The notes beneath the pieces are model-generated. The model worked only from the letters and a program-made list of their open reading frames with translations. It was not told where the DNA came from and did no database searches. A program made the position numbers and the translations under genes. From Candidatus Latescibacterota bacterium (GTDB lineage Bacteria; Latescibacterota; UBA2968; UBA8231), in assembly GCA_965261395.1 (NCBI GenBank), contig OZ253462.1, positions 5,248,001 through 5,312,000 on the forward strand: DNA of 64,000 bases, read 5' to 3'. Below, one piece after another: positions 9,262 through 19,215 of this stretch (position 1 is the stretch's first letter; each line of letters starts with the position of its first letter).

Positions 9262-9936
9262 CTAGTCCCTCAGTAGGATGTTCTGCTCCTTCAGGCTCTG
9301 GATTAGTTGGCTAAATTTAGGCACCAATCGGATCACGATACGTCGGTTAGGGGACTGTTCATCCTTTGTTCCGGTTAGAACAACCAGCTCTCGCTCGCCT
9401 AAGCCAACCGGGACGATATCAAAATTTTCCCAAGTGAAGCCGACCTGCTCCCAATAGTCCACTATAGTTTGAGATCGTTTCAGGGATAGACTGCGGTTGT
9501 ATTCCTTCTCGCCGTAACTGTCGGTGTGACCCTCTACCACAATACTGAACAATTTACTGTCTTTTTTTTCTATAAACTGCTTTAATTTTTGACCTATTCG
9601 CCTGAGCCGATTTTGCCCTTCGACGGGAATATCATCCAGATCGGATTCATTAAAAGAGAACAAGATATCACTACGCATCACAATAGTACCCTCTTCCACG
9701 ACGACGTCTTCCCCCCCCATAAATTCCTCTAACTCATCGAGATCTTTCTCTATCTTACCCACCAACTCTTCTAGCGTCCGCAGACGGCTCAGATCCACAT
9801 AATTTTTGATCACCATCACGACGAGAAAAAAAGTGACGCAAATGAAAATAGCCGTGATTGCGTCCGTGAAAGAAGGCCAGAAATTGAGCCCACTATGGCT
9901 ACTGTGATTCCTTTTCATCCAGGGCTGCTTTCCCAA
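9262..9936 (-). CDS. ZorB/MotB-like membrane protein with an OmpA-like peptidoglycan-binding domain
   Basis: FWPSFTD transmembrane helix with the conserved Asp; EGHTD, NRSLSLKRS and NRRIVI OmpA_C motifs. Confidence 0.85.
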   Translation of the reverse strand: MGKQPWMKRNHSSHSGLNFWPSFTDAITAIFICVTFFLVVMVIKNYVDLSRLRTLEELVGKIEKDLDELEEFMGGEDVVVEEGTIVMRSDILFSFNESDLDDIPVEGQNRLRRIGQKLKQFIEKKDSKLFSIVVEGHTDSYGEKEYNRSLSLKRSQTIVDYWEQVGFTWENFDIVPVGLGERELVVLTGTKDEQSPNRRIVIRLVPKFSQLIQSLKEQNILLRD

Positions 9937-9957
9937 GCATTCAGCCGATGGGCCTGA

Positions 9958-11631
9958 CTATTCCTTGCTATTTTTCTTGAATAATCGACGAATCCAACCC
10001 CAATTTCTTCGCGGTCGTACGGTTACAACTTGCGGCGATTTCGCCATGCCGTCCAACTGTTTTTCTATAGCCTGCGCCGTCGCATGCATGTCTTCAAGCT
10101 GGGGGATTACCTGATCGATAGCTTTCAGTACTTGGAGATCCTCGTCCGTTTTTTTGAACCCTTGATTGATGGCTCCTACCATTTGATCTAGCTGGTTCTG
10201 CAACGCCCCTGTCGCTTTGCTCAATCCCTGTAGATCTTGGCGAAGCCCTTCCAAGCCATCTTGTACAGGTTGGTTAGCCCGTTCAAACGCTTCGCCTTGT
10301 TCCTTACCCAATCTTTGCAGATCTTGGCGAAGCCCTTCCAAGCCATCTTGTACAGGTTGGTTAGCCCGTTCAAACGCTTCGCCTTGTTCCTTGAGGCCAT
10401 TACTGACAGCACTGAGCAGGTTCTGGATATTCGTGAAATGGGGACGATAATCTGTGTCATTCAATCCTCTTATCGTCTCTAGAGTCTCCGCTAGGCCGTT
10501 TCCTAGAATCTCTATTCGCTCCTCAAATAACTTGGATTGTTTGTCTATCCGCTCATCAAAGGCTTGAAACTGTCGGGCCATCAGTCGCTCGCTCTCCTTG
10601 AGCATAGTATCGACGCTGTTCTTGAGCGCATTCAGAGGCCAGCTTAGCCGCTCAAAGTTCTCGATGTGTCGAGAAAACTCTATAGCCGCTCTCATTATTT
10701 TTTCCGCCCCCGCAGCTACCGTATCCTTGTGCTGCTCAAAAATCTCCGCGCTCTTCAGACTGGCCTCGCTACTTTCCTTGAGCTTCGTGCCGCTCTCTTC
10801 TATAAGTAAGACCATGCGGGCGTTACTATTGACAATCTCCTTGAGTCTTTTGTCTAAGTATTCGGAAAGAGCAGTGAAATACTTATCGTATAGGTCGTTT
10901 ACTGTTCGAGTAAAGGCGTGACTCAAGCGCAACTGAGGAGGGATTACAGCAAACTTGGGAGCGATCTTCGCGTTGAAGCACTCTTCCATGTTTGCCAATA
11001 ATGTGTTCCTACTGTGGAGTAGTGGGCTGTACAGAGCATTGAGGATTAAGGTGGAAAAAAGTCCTATTATACTGGTAATGAACGCCAGCGGCATCCCGCT
11101 TACGGACTGTCCTAATCCTTCTAGGATGGTACTAAATACATCCTCTATTTTTACCTCTTGGCTCAACGTCGGTGAAATCTGCGCTCCTTGGATAATACCT
11201 GGGATAGGTATGACCACGATTATTAAACCAACGAATGTGCCCAGTAGGCCCAATAGAATGAGGCTGCTGGTAAGTGAGCGGAATGCTTCGTCGTACCGGG
11301 CGAGTTCGTGTTCGATAGAGCCGATAAGACCGTCTACATCTGGAGCTTTATTTTGCCGGTATAAGGCCCTAAAATGTTCGAGCCAACGGACGGCTAGAGG
11401 ATGCTGAGCTTTCTTAAAAACTTCGGGAGATTGCTCAGTCTCTTCCTCCATATTGAAATTAGGATTGCTTTTCTCCCATCTCTCCATAGCATGCAATCCG
11501 CTGCGATATCGCCGCGTTTCTCTGCATCCTTGGACAAATAGGACAAGTGCAACTAGACCGACCAAGATAATGAGAACGATAAAAACGTCCCGAATCTGAT
11601 CGCTGTTTTGGGCTAAAAAGTCTAAACTCAT
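9958..11631 (-). CDS. ZorA-like MotA/TolQ/ExbB channel protein with a long cytoplasmic coiled-coil tail
   Basis: Three transmembrane helices, including LGLLGTFVGL and GMPLAFITSIIGL, followed by ~350 aa of helical heptad-rich sequence; directly upstream of the MotB-like gene. Confidence 0.8.
   Translation of the reverse strand: MSLDFLAQNSDQIRDVFIVLIILVGLVALVLFVQGCRETRRYRSGLHAMERWEKSNPNFNMEEETEQSPEVFKKAQHPLAVRWLEHFRALYRQNKAPDVDGLIGSIEHELARYDEAFRSLTSSLILLGLLGTFVGLIIVVIPIPGIIQGAQISPTLSQEVKIEDVFSTILEGLGQSVSGMPLAFITSIIGLFSTLILNALYSPLLHSRNTLLANMEECFNAKIAPKFAVIPPQLRLSHAFTRTVNDLYDKYFTALSEYLDKRLKEIVNSNARMVLLIEESGTKLKESSEASLKSAEIFEQHKDTVAAGAEKIMRAAIEFSRHIENFERLSWPLNALKNSVDTMLKESERLMARQFQAFDERIDKQSKLFEERIEILGNGLAETLETIRGLNDTDYRPHFTNIQNLLSAVSNGLKEQGEAFERANQPVQDGLEGLRQDLQRLGKEQGEAFERANQPVQDGLEGLRQDLQGLSKATGALQNQLDQMVGAINQGFKKTDEDLQVLKAIDQVIPQLEDMHATAQAIEKQLDGMAKSPQVVTVRPRRNWGWIRRLFKKNSKE
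10232..10392. repeat. In-frame tandem duplication (87-bp period, 74 bp identical) in the ZorA-like tail
   Basis: 10232-10305 is identical to 10319-10392 and encodes KEQGEAFERANQPVQDGLEGLRQDLQ twice. Confidence 0.95.
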
Positions 11632-11688
11632 GGGAGAGGATTTCTCTGCTGTAGTTACAATTCAGTCACAGGACAGGCACCCTTTTAC

Positions 11689-12639
11689 TCATTTCGCTAG
11701 CAAAATCCCGGACTTAACAATTACCTCAGTTCCCCGACGTAATCCAGGTGTAACAAATCGAATCACTTGACCGCGGCCTACCTGAGAATCTTCTCGCTCA
11801 TCGGAAATTTGGTGATCTTCTGGCGAGTATTTGTCCCCTTGCTCTGGCCAAATCAACTCAAAGTCGCGTTCTTGGGCAAATCTTTCCAATTTTGCGGGTT
11901 TCTGTTCTAGCGATTTTTCTTTGCCATCCAACTGTTTGATTAAACCGATCAGTGCAGAATCCCACGGACTGCTACAACTGTCTATCTTAGCTTGGATCGT
12001 CGTCCATTGATCTTTGAGAGCCGATCCCTCCGATATAAAAGAGACAAAATCCAATTTATTCACTGCCTCTTTGATCTTTTTGATGTCCTCGTCAATGGTC
12101 TCGGCATACTGTATCGACGGCATACTCTTTTCAGGTTCTAGTGGCAGTTCGTCGAGCATTTCTCGGAAACGATCTCGGGTATTTGTAATCTTTGAGTATT
12201 TTTTCATCCATTCTTCGGCAGCATCCCGTACTTCTTCTTGGAATGATCTTAGTCTCTTTTCCACATCAACCTCTAGCTTTTGCAGCTCTTGAAACTTGGT
12301 GTTGATAGGGATAGACTGGTAGAGATCTGCGTAATCGTCGTAGGAGGCTTGTATATTGTCGTGGAACTTTGTCAGCTTTTTTCTGAAGTTACTCAAATCG
12401 TTCAAAAACATGCCAACTTTCTTCACAAAGCTCTCTTCCGCTCCATCGAAGCCCTTGGCTACATCGAGGATATCCGAGAAGACGAGGCTGCCGAGATCGC
12501 CCTTGTGTAGTTTCTCGCGGATATGTCTTGTCTTATCGACCATTTCTCGCAGACCTTGGAGTTCTTTCTCCCAGCAGGCAACCTCGCTGCCTAGCGCGTC
12601 AACCTTTTCTTGAAATTCTGCCATTGATACCTTACCCAT
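11689..12639 (-). CDS. Coiled-coil protein with a C-terminal GrpE-like (nucleotide exchange factor) domain
   Basis: C-terminus IWPEQGDKYSPEDHQ...GQVIRFVTPGLRRGTEVIVKSGILL resembles the GrpE head (GexFDPxxH...GxVxxVxxxGY); next to an Hsp70-like gene. Confidence 0.7.
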   Translation of the reverse strand: MGKVSMAEFQEKVDALGSEVACWEKELQGLREMVDKTRHIREKLHKGDLGSLVFSDILDVAKGFDGAEESFVKKVGMFLNDLSNFRKKLTKFHDNIQASYDDYADLYQSIPINTKFQELQKLEVDVEKRLRSFQEEVRDAAEEWMKKYSKITNTRDRFREMLDELPLEPEKSMPSIQYAETIDEDIKKIKEAVNKLDFVSFISEGSALKDQWTTIQAKIDSCSSPWDSALIGLIKQLDGKEKSLEQKPAKLERFAQERDFELIWPEQGDKYSPEDHQISDEREDSQVGRGQVIRFVTPGLRRGTEVIVKSGILLAK

Positions 12640-12722
12640 TTAATGTTTTGCTGATCTTTACTTTTAGTGTCTTACCTGAATCTATCTCATAAATGCCATT
12701 GATACCGTAGGGACCGATTTAT

Positions 12723-12834
12723 GAGATGCTTCGACTCGGCTGCGCGGAGTTTATCTTGAGCGAAGCCGAAAGGCTCAGCATGACAGGGGCTAGCTCGGTC
12801 CGTGCTTATCATGCTGAGCGTAGCGAAACTTCCT
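12723..12834. repeat. REP/MITE-like palindromic element between the Hsp70-like and GrpE-like genes
   Basis: GAGATGCTTCGACTC...GCTCAGCATGACA and its inverse TCATGCTGAGCGTAGCGAA, with a nested TTTATCTTGAGCGAAGCCGAA unit. Confidence 0.6.
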
Positions 12835-12864
12835 GTCAGGTGCATTGGCATTGCTACAAGGCAT

Positions 12865-15800
12865 TCAACTGTAGTTAAAGTTCTTGCATTCCAAGTATTC
12901 ACCATAGATTTCTTCAAAATCACTTCCATCCTTTTTCTGCCCTACCGCGAAATTGTAATAGAGCCGACCGAGATTGTTTTCATCGCCTCGAAGCTCGAGC
13001 TTGTACTGCCAATAAGCGATCTGCCGAAAAGCCCTGTCCTCTATGTCCTCTAGCGGTATGGGAATATCCGCTACTTTATGCCGATCTGCTCTCCGATTTT
13101 TGTAGTTCCAATCGAAGAATTCGTACAGTGAGATCTGAGAAAGTCGATCCTTAGAGAAAACCTTGCTCGTATAGGGATGTACCTCTCCCTTATTTAGGGA
13201 AATCCAACGATCGAAAATGGGCCTGAAGCCTCGCATTGGATTGTAGGAACCTATCGGATAATTTAGCTTGTGTATCCCGAAGACTTGAAATCTGAACTCT
13301 GGATCGCGTTGAGACATGCCGTAAATAGCCGCTCCCGAAGCTACGCTCGCCTTCAAGTCATTATTGGAGCCTGCCTCTGAAAGAGCAGGGTCAGAAAACT
13401 TTTTAGCCTGTATCTCCTCTGAGGCGACTTCTTGCACAATCGGCAACTTGGACGAATTGCCGGCCAAGATCAGATGATCCAGCCGCATTTCTGATATAAT
13501 CCCCCGATCATAAAGTTCCTTCTGCATCATAGCTAGTTTTTTGAAACCCTGTTTCAATTCTCGGCTGAACACCGAGCGAATAGCCTCGTACTTCATAGGG
13601 CTAAGTTCCTCCGGCAAGGCTTCGTCCTTGTCCTTGATGCTGCGCTTTAATCCCTCCGTGACTTGAAATACATCGCCCCCATCCGGGCTGACCAATTCAA
13701 TTTTGGGCCACTTTAGTTCCTCGTCACTGGCTAGCAGGTCCAGCAATCCCTTATCTCTTGTCTTTTGTAGTTCCTCGTAGCGTTTTTGGGAAAAACATTC
13801 GTCGAACAACTCATAGCTCTTGCTGTTTGTCTTGATCCTCTCAGCTAACTGATAGAGGTGCAGAAAGTTCCTTTTCACACTGGTATCTTGGGTGCGTAAG
13901 CCATCTCGCAGATCTTTTGCAAAGGGATAGCGACTGCGGTACTGTTCCGGGACGAGTTCCTCGTAGAAGTATTTAGCCAAGTGAAATGTCAGCAGGTTCC
14001 CTCCCAGCAGATTGTCGCCATCGGAACCGAGAATTTTCACTTGCACTTCATTATCATCGCTAGTGTAACGTACGATAGACATATCGGTCGTTCCCCCACC
14101 GCAGTCGAATACCCCAATGATCTGTTCATCTCCCGGATTATCCTCCCCGAGCTTCCACACATAATACACCGCAATAGCTTCAGGTTCACTAATAGCTAGA
14201 TCTCGGTCGAACTTAATGTCGTGATCCTGCAAAGCCTGTTCGACCGCGTTCTGCAGAGCCTGTTTTTGGCGATTGAATATCGCCGGATAAGTTAGTACGA
14301 CCTCGCTAGGTGAATACCCGGATTCTCCGATGAAGTGCTCTACCATAAACCGGAGATAAATAGCTACTTGGTCCACCGGAGTCAGGCTGATATGCCGCCT
14401 ATTTATAGAGGGATGTCCATTGATCAAGATACCTTCCGACATCCCGGTAGAAATATAGAAATTCTGATCGTCGGGTTGGCTGAGAGCGTATTTGAAACTC
14501 CAGCAGATACTGCTCATAAAGTTCCAGAACTCATTGACGTCATTATTGTTATTGAGCGAAAGGTCATTCATCTGCCGAAATGGCTGACGACCAAAGCGCA
14601 TGATGGCTTCCTCGTTCTCGGTTGCAACCAAGTGATGCTCATTCGGCTCCAGAGAGTGGGTCAGTTCCAAACGTTCCGTTTTATTATTTATTGCCAGAAG
14701 CTGAAAGACAGTCGGTATTTCGACGCGAGGTTCATCGCTCTCGAGGTCTGCCAAGTGAGGCATCTCTCCATCTTCAACATAATAAGCCAAGCAGGAATTG
14801 GTTGTCCCAAAATCGATGCCAATGGGATAATCTAACGGTTTGGGAGGAATAACCTCGACAGGGAGCGAAAACCTCTCTTCGAACGCCGGATCTTCCGCTT
14901 CTATATCCTCAGCCTCTCCCTTGACTATGATCTCGGGTTCAAAATGCTTTGATTCTGTTGTCTGCGGGATATCGATAGTCTTCACTTGCAACTGCAACTG
15001 GAGATTCAGCACACTCTCCTCATCAGCACCCGCCGCTGCACTCTGAGAGTCAAGGAGGGCCTTCCTTGGGGGGTCAACGACCTGTAGCCAAGGCGTATCG
15101 CTGGTCACGCTATTTATGCGTAGTGGTGCGCCCCGTAAGTGCGTAATGGTGGCACTCACCTCTTTCGGTCTTCGACTTCCGCTGATAAGTGCCGTATCAC
15201 CGGATAAACTCAGCGGATTGAAGTCCAGCTTGAGCACCGGCTGACGAGTGTACTTTAGATTGAGACGAAATTCGACGTCACCTATGTTCTGGATGGGAAA
15301 AACGAGATGTACAGGATGTCCTTCTTCAGACAGATCTTGATGTCGGGTGAGCTCTACCGAAAAGGCTTTGTATGGGGCCAAGCGGAAGGGATAGTTTACC
15401 TCGTTTTCCAGCACCGCCACTTGCTCTTCCTGGGACAGACGGGGACACTTTCCCAAGACCACTTCGCTTGTAGCGTGCAGGGCCAGATTGTGCCTCCAGG
15501 CTTTCTCATTCACCGGCCACAACTGTGCGCCGTCAGTGCCTTGGTCAAACTCCCGCCCCTGCTCGTCAGCCAGCCAGATTCGGGGAGCCTTTTGGACCCG
15601 ATAATGAAATGAAATCGGTGACACCGTGGAGTGCAGGATCAACCGCTCCCGTTGGCCGTGAGACTCGGCATGCAGCCGACGTATTTCTATTGCTTCCCCT
15701 AGATCCAAGGAGACGGGCCAATTCGCTTCCGAAACCCATGCTCCCCATTCTACTCCATCGAGACGTTCCAGTTTCACGGGTATTTTCCCGGTATTCTCGA

Positions 15801-15996
15801 ACCGCATGATGACTGGAAAGCCTTCGAAAAGCGTCAACGACTCAACGGGCTTGGGAGATACCTCTAGACGGGCGAGTTGAGTCCCGCAACTGCTGCAAAA
15901 GATGATTCGGCTTCCACAAGGCCACTGACAAACAGGACAAGCACCCATCGCCTTATCGACCCGCTCTTGACTCGCTTCCCTAGGCATTGGCACCAT
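12865..15996 (-). CDS. Divergent Hsp70-family ATPase with an N-terminal zinc ribbon and Ig-like region (not DnaK)
   Basis: IGIDFGTTNS, ISEPEAIA, VFDCGGGTTD, LGGN, LAGNSSKLP and VASGAA Hsp70 ATPase motifs starting at about aa 390; N-terminal CPVC...FCSSCG; no DnaK substrate-binding domain recognisable. Confidence 0.85.
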   Translation of the reverse strand: MVPMPREASQERVDKAMGACPVCQWPCGSRIIFCSSCGTQLARLEVSPKPVESLTLFEGFPVIMRFENTGKIPVKLERLDGVEWGAWVSEANWPVSLDLGEAIEIRRLHAESHGQRERLILHSTVSPISFHYRVQKAPRIWLADEQGREFDQGTDGAQLWPVNEKAWRHNLALHATSEVVLGKCPRLSQEEQVAVLENEVNYPFRLAPYKAFSVELTRHQDLSEEGHPVHLVFPIQNIGDVEFRLNLKYTRQPVLKLDFNPLSLSGDTALISGSRRPKEVSATITHLRGAPLRINSVTSDTPWLQVVDPPRKALLDSQSAAAGADEESVLNLQLQLQVKTIDIPQTTESKHFEPEIIVKGEAEDIEAEDPAFEERFSLPVEVIPPKPLDYPIGIDFGTTNSCLAYYVEDGEMPHLADLESDEPRVEIPTVFQLLAINNKTERLELTHSLEPNEHHLVATENEEAIMRFGRQPFRQMNDLSLNNNNDVNEFWNFMSSICWSFKYALSQPDDQNFYISTGMSEGILINGHPSINRRHISLTPVDQVAIYLRFMVEHFIGESGYSPSEVVLTYPAIFNRQKQALQNAVEQALQDHDIKFDRDLAISEPEAIAVYYVWKLGEDNPGDEQIIGVFDCGGGTTDMSIVRYTSDDNEVQVKILGSDGDNLLGGNLLTFHLAKYFYEELVPEQYRSRYPFAKDLRDGLRTQDTSVKRNFLHLYQLAERIKTNSKSYELFDECFSQKRYEELQKTRDKGLLDLLASDEELKWPKIELVSPDGGDVFQVTEGLKRSIKDKDEALPEELSPMKYEAIRSVFSRELKQGFKKLAMMQKELYDRGIISEMRLDHLILAGNSSKLPIVQEVASEEIQAKKFSDPALSEAGSNNDLKASVASGAAIYGMSQRDPEFRFQVFGIHKLNYPIGSYNPMRGFRPIFDRWISLNKGEVHPYTSKVFSKDRLSQISLYEFFDWNYKNRRADRHKVADIPIPLEDIEDRAFRQIAYWQYKLELRGDENNLGRLYYNFAVGQKKDGSDFEEIYGEYLECKNFNYS

Positions 15997-18030
15997 CCAT
16001 CACATATATATCGTCTTTGCAGTGAGGATCGCTATAGTCTAGGGGTTTGGCAAAACCATCTTTGTTCTGCAAGTGTTTGCCGATACGGTCGTCCAATTCG
16101 CTGTCGCTAATGCCCAAGCGCTGCTGCACATCCTTGAAATTCTCTTTGAAAGCCTTGATAAGCAAACTGTGGAACAAGTCATCCACATTCACACTCTGGC
16201 CGTCTATTACAACTCTTCTTTTGGGATATACCTCACTCACTAGATGGCTTTGGAGGGCCAAGTACTGCTCAAAAACGAGGCCATTGCCATCCGATTTCCA
16301 GTTATCCCAAATCTTTTGCACCGCTTGGCGCAGCCTATTTCGTTTCTCCCGGTCTCGGGCCAAACTCCGGCGTGCCACCTCGATATTGGGTCCGTAATCG
16401 TCCGTGTGCTTTAGGCCCTGTTCTTGGTAAGTTCGGTAGAATCCCCGTCTGTCAAAAGTCACTACCTCGAGTAAGATACCATCAATGAGCGGCTGTAGGG
16501 CATCCACTAGCATCCGCGCTTCTTGGTCGTCCCTAGGCGGTAGTATCTCCGGATATTTGATATAGTCTTTGGTCATGTACCGACGGAATACATTCTGCGG
16601 CACTCTAAGGTTGTTTTCGTATGCTCTGTGCAGCTTCCTCAAATTGTCGATAGCGAACAGAGGAAAGGCCATCCATTGACTGACAAATATCACCGAATCG
16701 GGGGCGTGATACTCCGCTTTGTATCCTCCCACGTTTTGGTCGACTAGCTCCTCCCACCTTTTTTCATTTGGGGGAAGTCCTATGGTTTTCCGAGTGTGGT
16801 TCGACATACCCTGCGGGGCAGGTTTCAACTCGGACATCCGCGCTTCGGCTAGCCGTGCTCGTTTCTGCATCTCCTCTTTCTCGTTATGTTTCTGATTTTG
16901 CAACTCTTGAACGGCGTTTCTATCGGCATAGAACTCCTTAAATAGGTCAAACGCGAACCGACTCAGTGAATCCTCTACCTCTTCCCAATCACGAGGGGCA
17001 TTGTTCTTATTCGCCGAGCGATTGAAAATAATGCGGGTACAATCTCGTATGGCATCGATCTCTGTCCCTTCGAGATTAGCGTACTCAGCAAACAGCGGCT
17101 TGGCTTCTTCCGAGCGGAAATACCTCCTCAAAATATCTTGCAAAATTTCCTTGAAACCGGCACCTGTCAGTCCTCTTTTTTCGAGCTCCTTCCTTATTGC
17201 CTCCTCATAGTTAAGTTCGGGCATGAGACTGAGGTTGCGTACACTAGGCATCCGCTTTCTATAAGAATTATGGAACCCCTCAAATCGGCTAGCCAGATCT
17301 TGGAGATGTTTTTGAAATTCCTCTACCTTGGCCAGCAAACCGCTGAATTCCACATGGAGTTCACCATCTGCACCCCGGACTTCGGTCTGTTGGCCGACAA
17401 AGCCGATCATATTGTCAAGCAAGCCCTTTTCCTGCACCCGTCCCCCGGAATTGGGATTGAGCAGACGCCCAGCCGCTTCCTTCTCATAGCGAGTGGTGAC
17501 CCATTCCTTGAGTTGCTTCTCGACAGCCTTCACCTGCTGCACCAGATTACGGGTGATAAGCTCGGCGTTCTGCTTAAGGGATTGCTTTTTGCGTCCTTTG
17601 TAATGGTTGATAGCAATGCGTTTAGTTGAGAAGGCAAAGGGCATCTCCTCCCTAGCCGCTTTTAGGCGAGCCTCGTATTTCTCGTAATCTTCGGTAAATT
17701 CGATTTCGAGCGGCGGTGCCTCTAGTGCTTCTATGTCCTGATTCTCCCTAGCCTGCAATTCCTCTTTGATGCGCTCCAGTTCGCGGACGGCGATCTTCAG
17801 CCACTCAACCATAAACTTGGGGCCGAAATTCAAGGGGTCGCACAATAATTCAAGACACTCATCCTCTACCCGCTTTTCGAGCTTGGGACGATCCAAGCCG
17901 ATATTTTCCAGGATCTGCGTCACACCATCGCCCTTTTTGGTGCCTTGCTGTAACAGTCTTTCCCCTACTCGTTCCTTCACCTCGCGGACTAATCTACCCA
18001 TATCCTGCCGCGTTTTTTCCACTAGGTGAT

Positions 18031-19215
18031 GGCTTTGGTGCATGAATTGGTGTTTTTTTCGGTTGATCGGTTGAATAAAAACAGGCTCCTCAGTAGATTG
18101 AGCACGACTTTCGCCAAAAAACCCATGCTTTCTCGTCCAAGGAACCTGTCATGGCCAACCTATCGTCTTGCCCCTCTTCCGTCAAGCCTGGTCGCTCGCC
18201 TCGCCGTCGCTCCAACGTCGTGTACCGGGTACGTAATTGGGCCGACTATGAGGCCGGGCTGCAACAGCGCGGTAGTCTGACGGTGTGGTTCACGCCCCAG
18301 GCCGTCGAAGCTTGGTATTATCAAGGGCCGCCTCAGCGGGGGGCGCAATATACCTTTTCGGAGGTCGCCATCCAAACGGCGTTGACGCTGCGTCTTTTGT
18401 ATCACTTGCCCCTACGCCAAACCGAGGGGTTTGTCGCTTCGGTGTTGGCCCTGATGGGCTTGGATCTGCGGGTGCCCGATCACACGACCCTGTCGCGCCG
18501 TCAGGCGGGTTTAGCCGTGGCGTGGCCGCCCCAGCGGGGAGACCAACCGATGCACTTGGTGGTGGATTCGACCGGGCTGAAAGTGTATGGCGAAGGCGAA
18601 TGGAAGGTGCGTCAGCACGGCTGGAGCAAGCGGCGCACGTGGCGCAAATTGCACCTCGGGGTTAATGAAGCCACCGGCGAGATCGTCGCGCAGACCTTGA
18701 CGACGAATAGCCACGATGATGCGGGGCAGGTGGAGCCGTTGCTGGCACAGATCGAGGCCCCCGTGGAGGCGTTGGGCGGCGATGGGGCCTATGACAAACG
18801 CAAGGTGTTCAAGGCGTTGGCCGCGCCCGAGCAGGGGGCACCTATTCATCCGATCATTCCGCCGCGCAAGGACGCCAAAATCGAGCAACATGGCAACACC
18901 AACGCCGAGCCGTTGCCCCGCGATGAGACGATTCGAGCCATCCGCAAACGGGGCCGTCGAGGTTGGAAACACGAGAGCGGCTATCATCGACGCTCGGTAG
19001 CCGAAACGCAGATAGGCCGCTACAAACAGATACTTGGTGACACCTTGCGCACCCGAACCCTAACCAACCAACAGACCGAAGCGCGGTTGGGCTGTGCCTT
19101 GCTCAACCGGATGCGGGCGTTGGCGAAACCTGAGTCCTATCCGCTAACCAAAAAAGCGTAAATCACACGCGAAAGAAGCCAACACGGCCCCGACCGGTTT
19201 TCATGCAACAAAGCC
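18031..19215 (+). mobile_element. IS5-family insertion sequence, IS903 group (1185 bp)
   Basis: Terminal inverted repeats GGCTTTGGTGCATGAA / TTCATGCAACAAAGCC; perfect 9-bp target duplication CTAGGTGAT at 18022-18030 and 19216-19224. Confidence 0.95.
18151..19161 (+). CDS. IS5-family (IS903 group) DDE transposase
   Basis: YRVRNW..Y..GL..RGSLTVWF, PDHTTLSRR, VDSTGLK, WRKLHLG, DGAYD and GYHRRSVAET motifs. Confidence 0.95.
   Translation: MANLSSCPSSVKPGRSPRRRSNVVYRVRNWADYEAGLQQRGSLTVWFTPQAVEAWYYQGPPQRGAQYTFSEVAIQTALTLRLLYHLPLRQTEGFVASVLALMGLDLRVPDHTTLSRRQAGLAVAWPPQRGDQPMHLVVDSTGLKVYGEGEWKVRQHGWSKRRTWRKLHLGVNEATGEIVAQTLTTNSHDDAGQVEPLLAQIEAPVEALGGDGAYDKRKVFKALAAPEQGAPIHPIIPPRKDAKIEQHGNTNAEPLPRDETIRAIRKRGRRGWKHESGYHRRSVAETQIGRYKQILGDTLRTRTLTNQQTEARLGCALLNRMRALAKPESYPLTKKA

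Noticed and set aside
10217-10482. CRISPR array or separate small ORFs at the repeat
   Set aside because: Only two long copies, in frame within the ZorA-like gene; no spacers and no cas genes.
9262-11631. Flagellar stator motA/motB
   Set aside because: Three-TM layout with a very long C-terminal tail, no flagellar genes nearby, and island context fit a ZorAB-like pair better.
12865-15996. Housekeeping dnaK
   Set aside because: Long N-terminal extension, divergent ATPase domain, no substrate-binding domain, and no dnaJ or hrcA.
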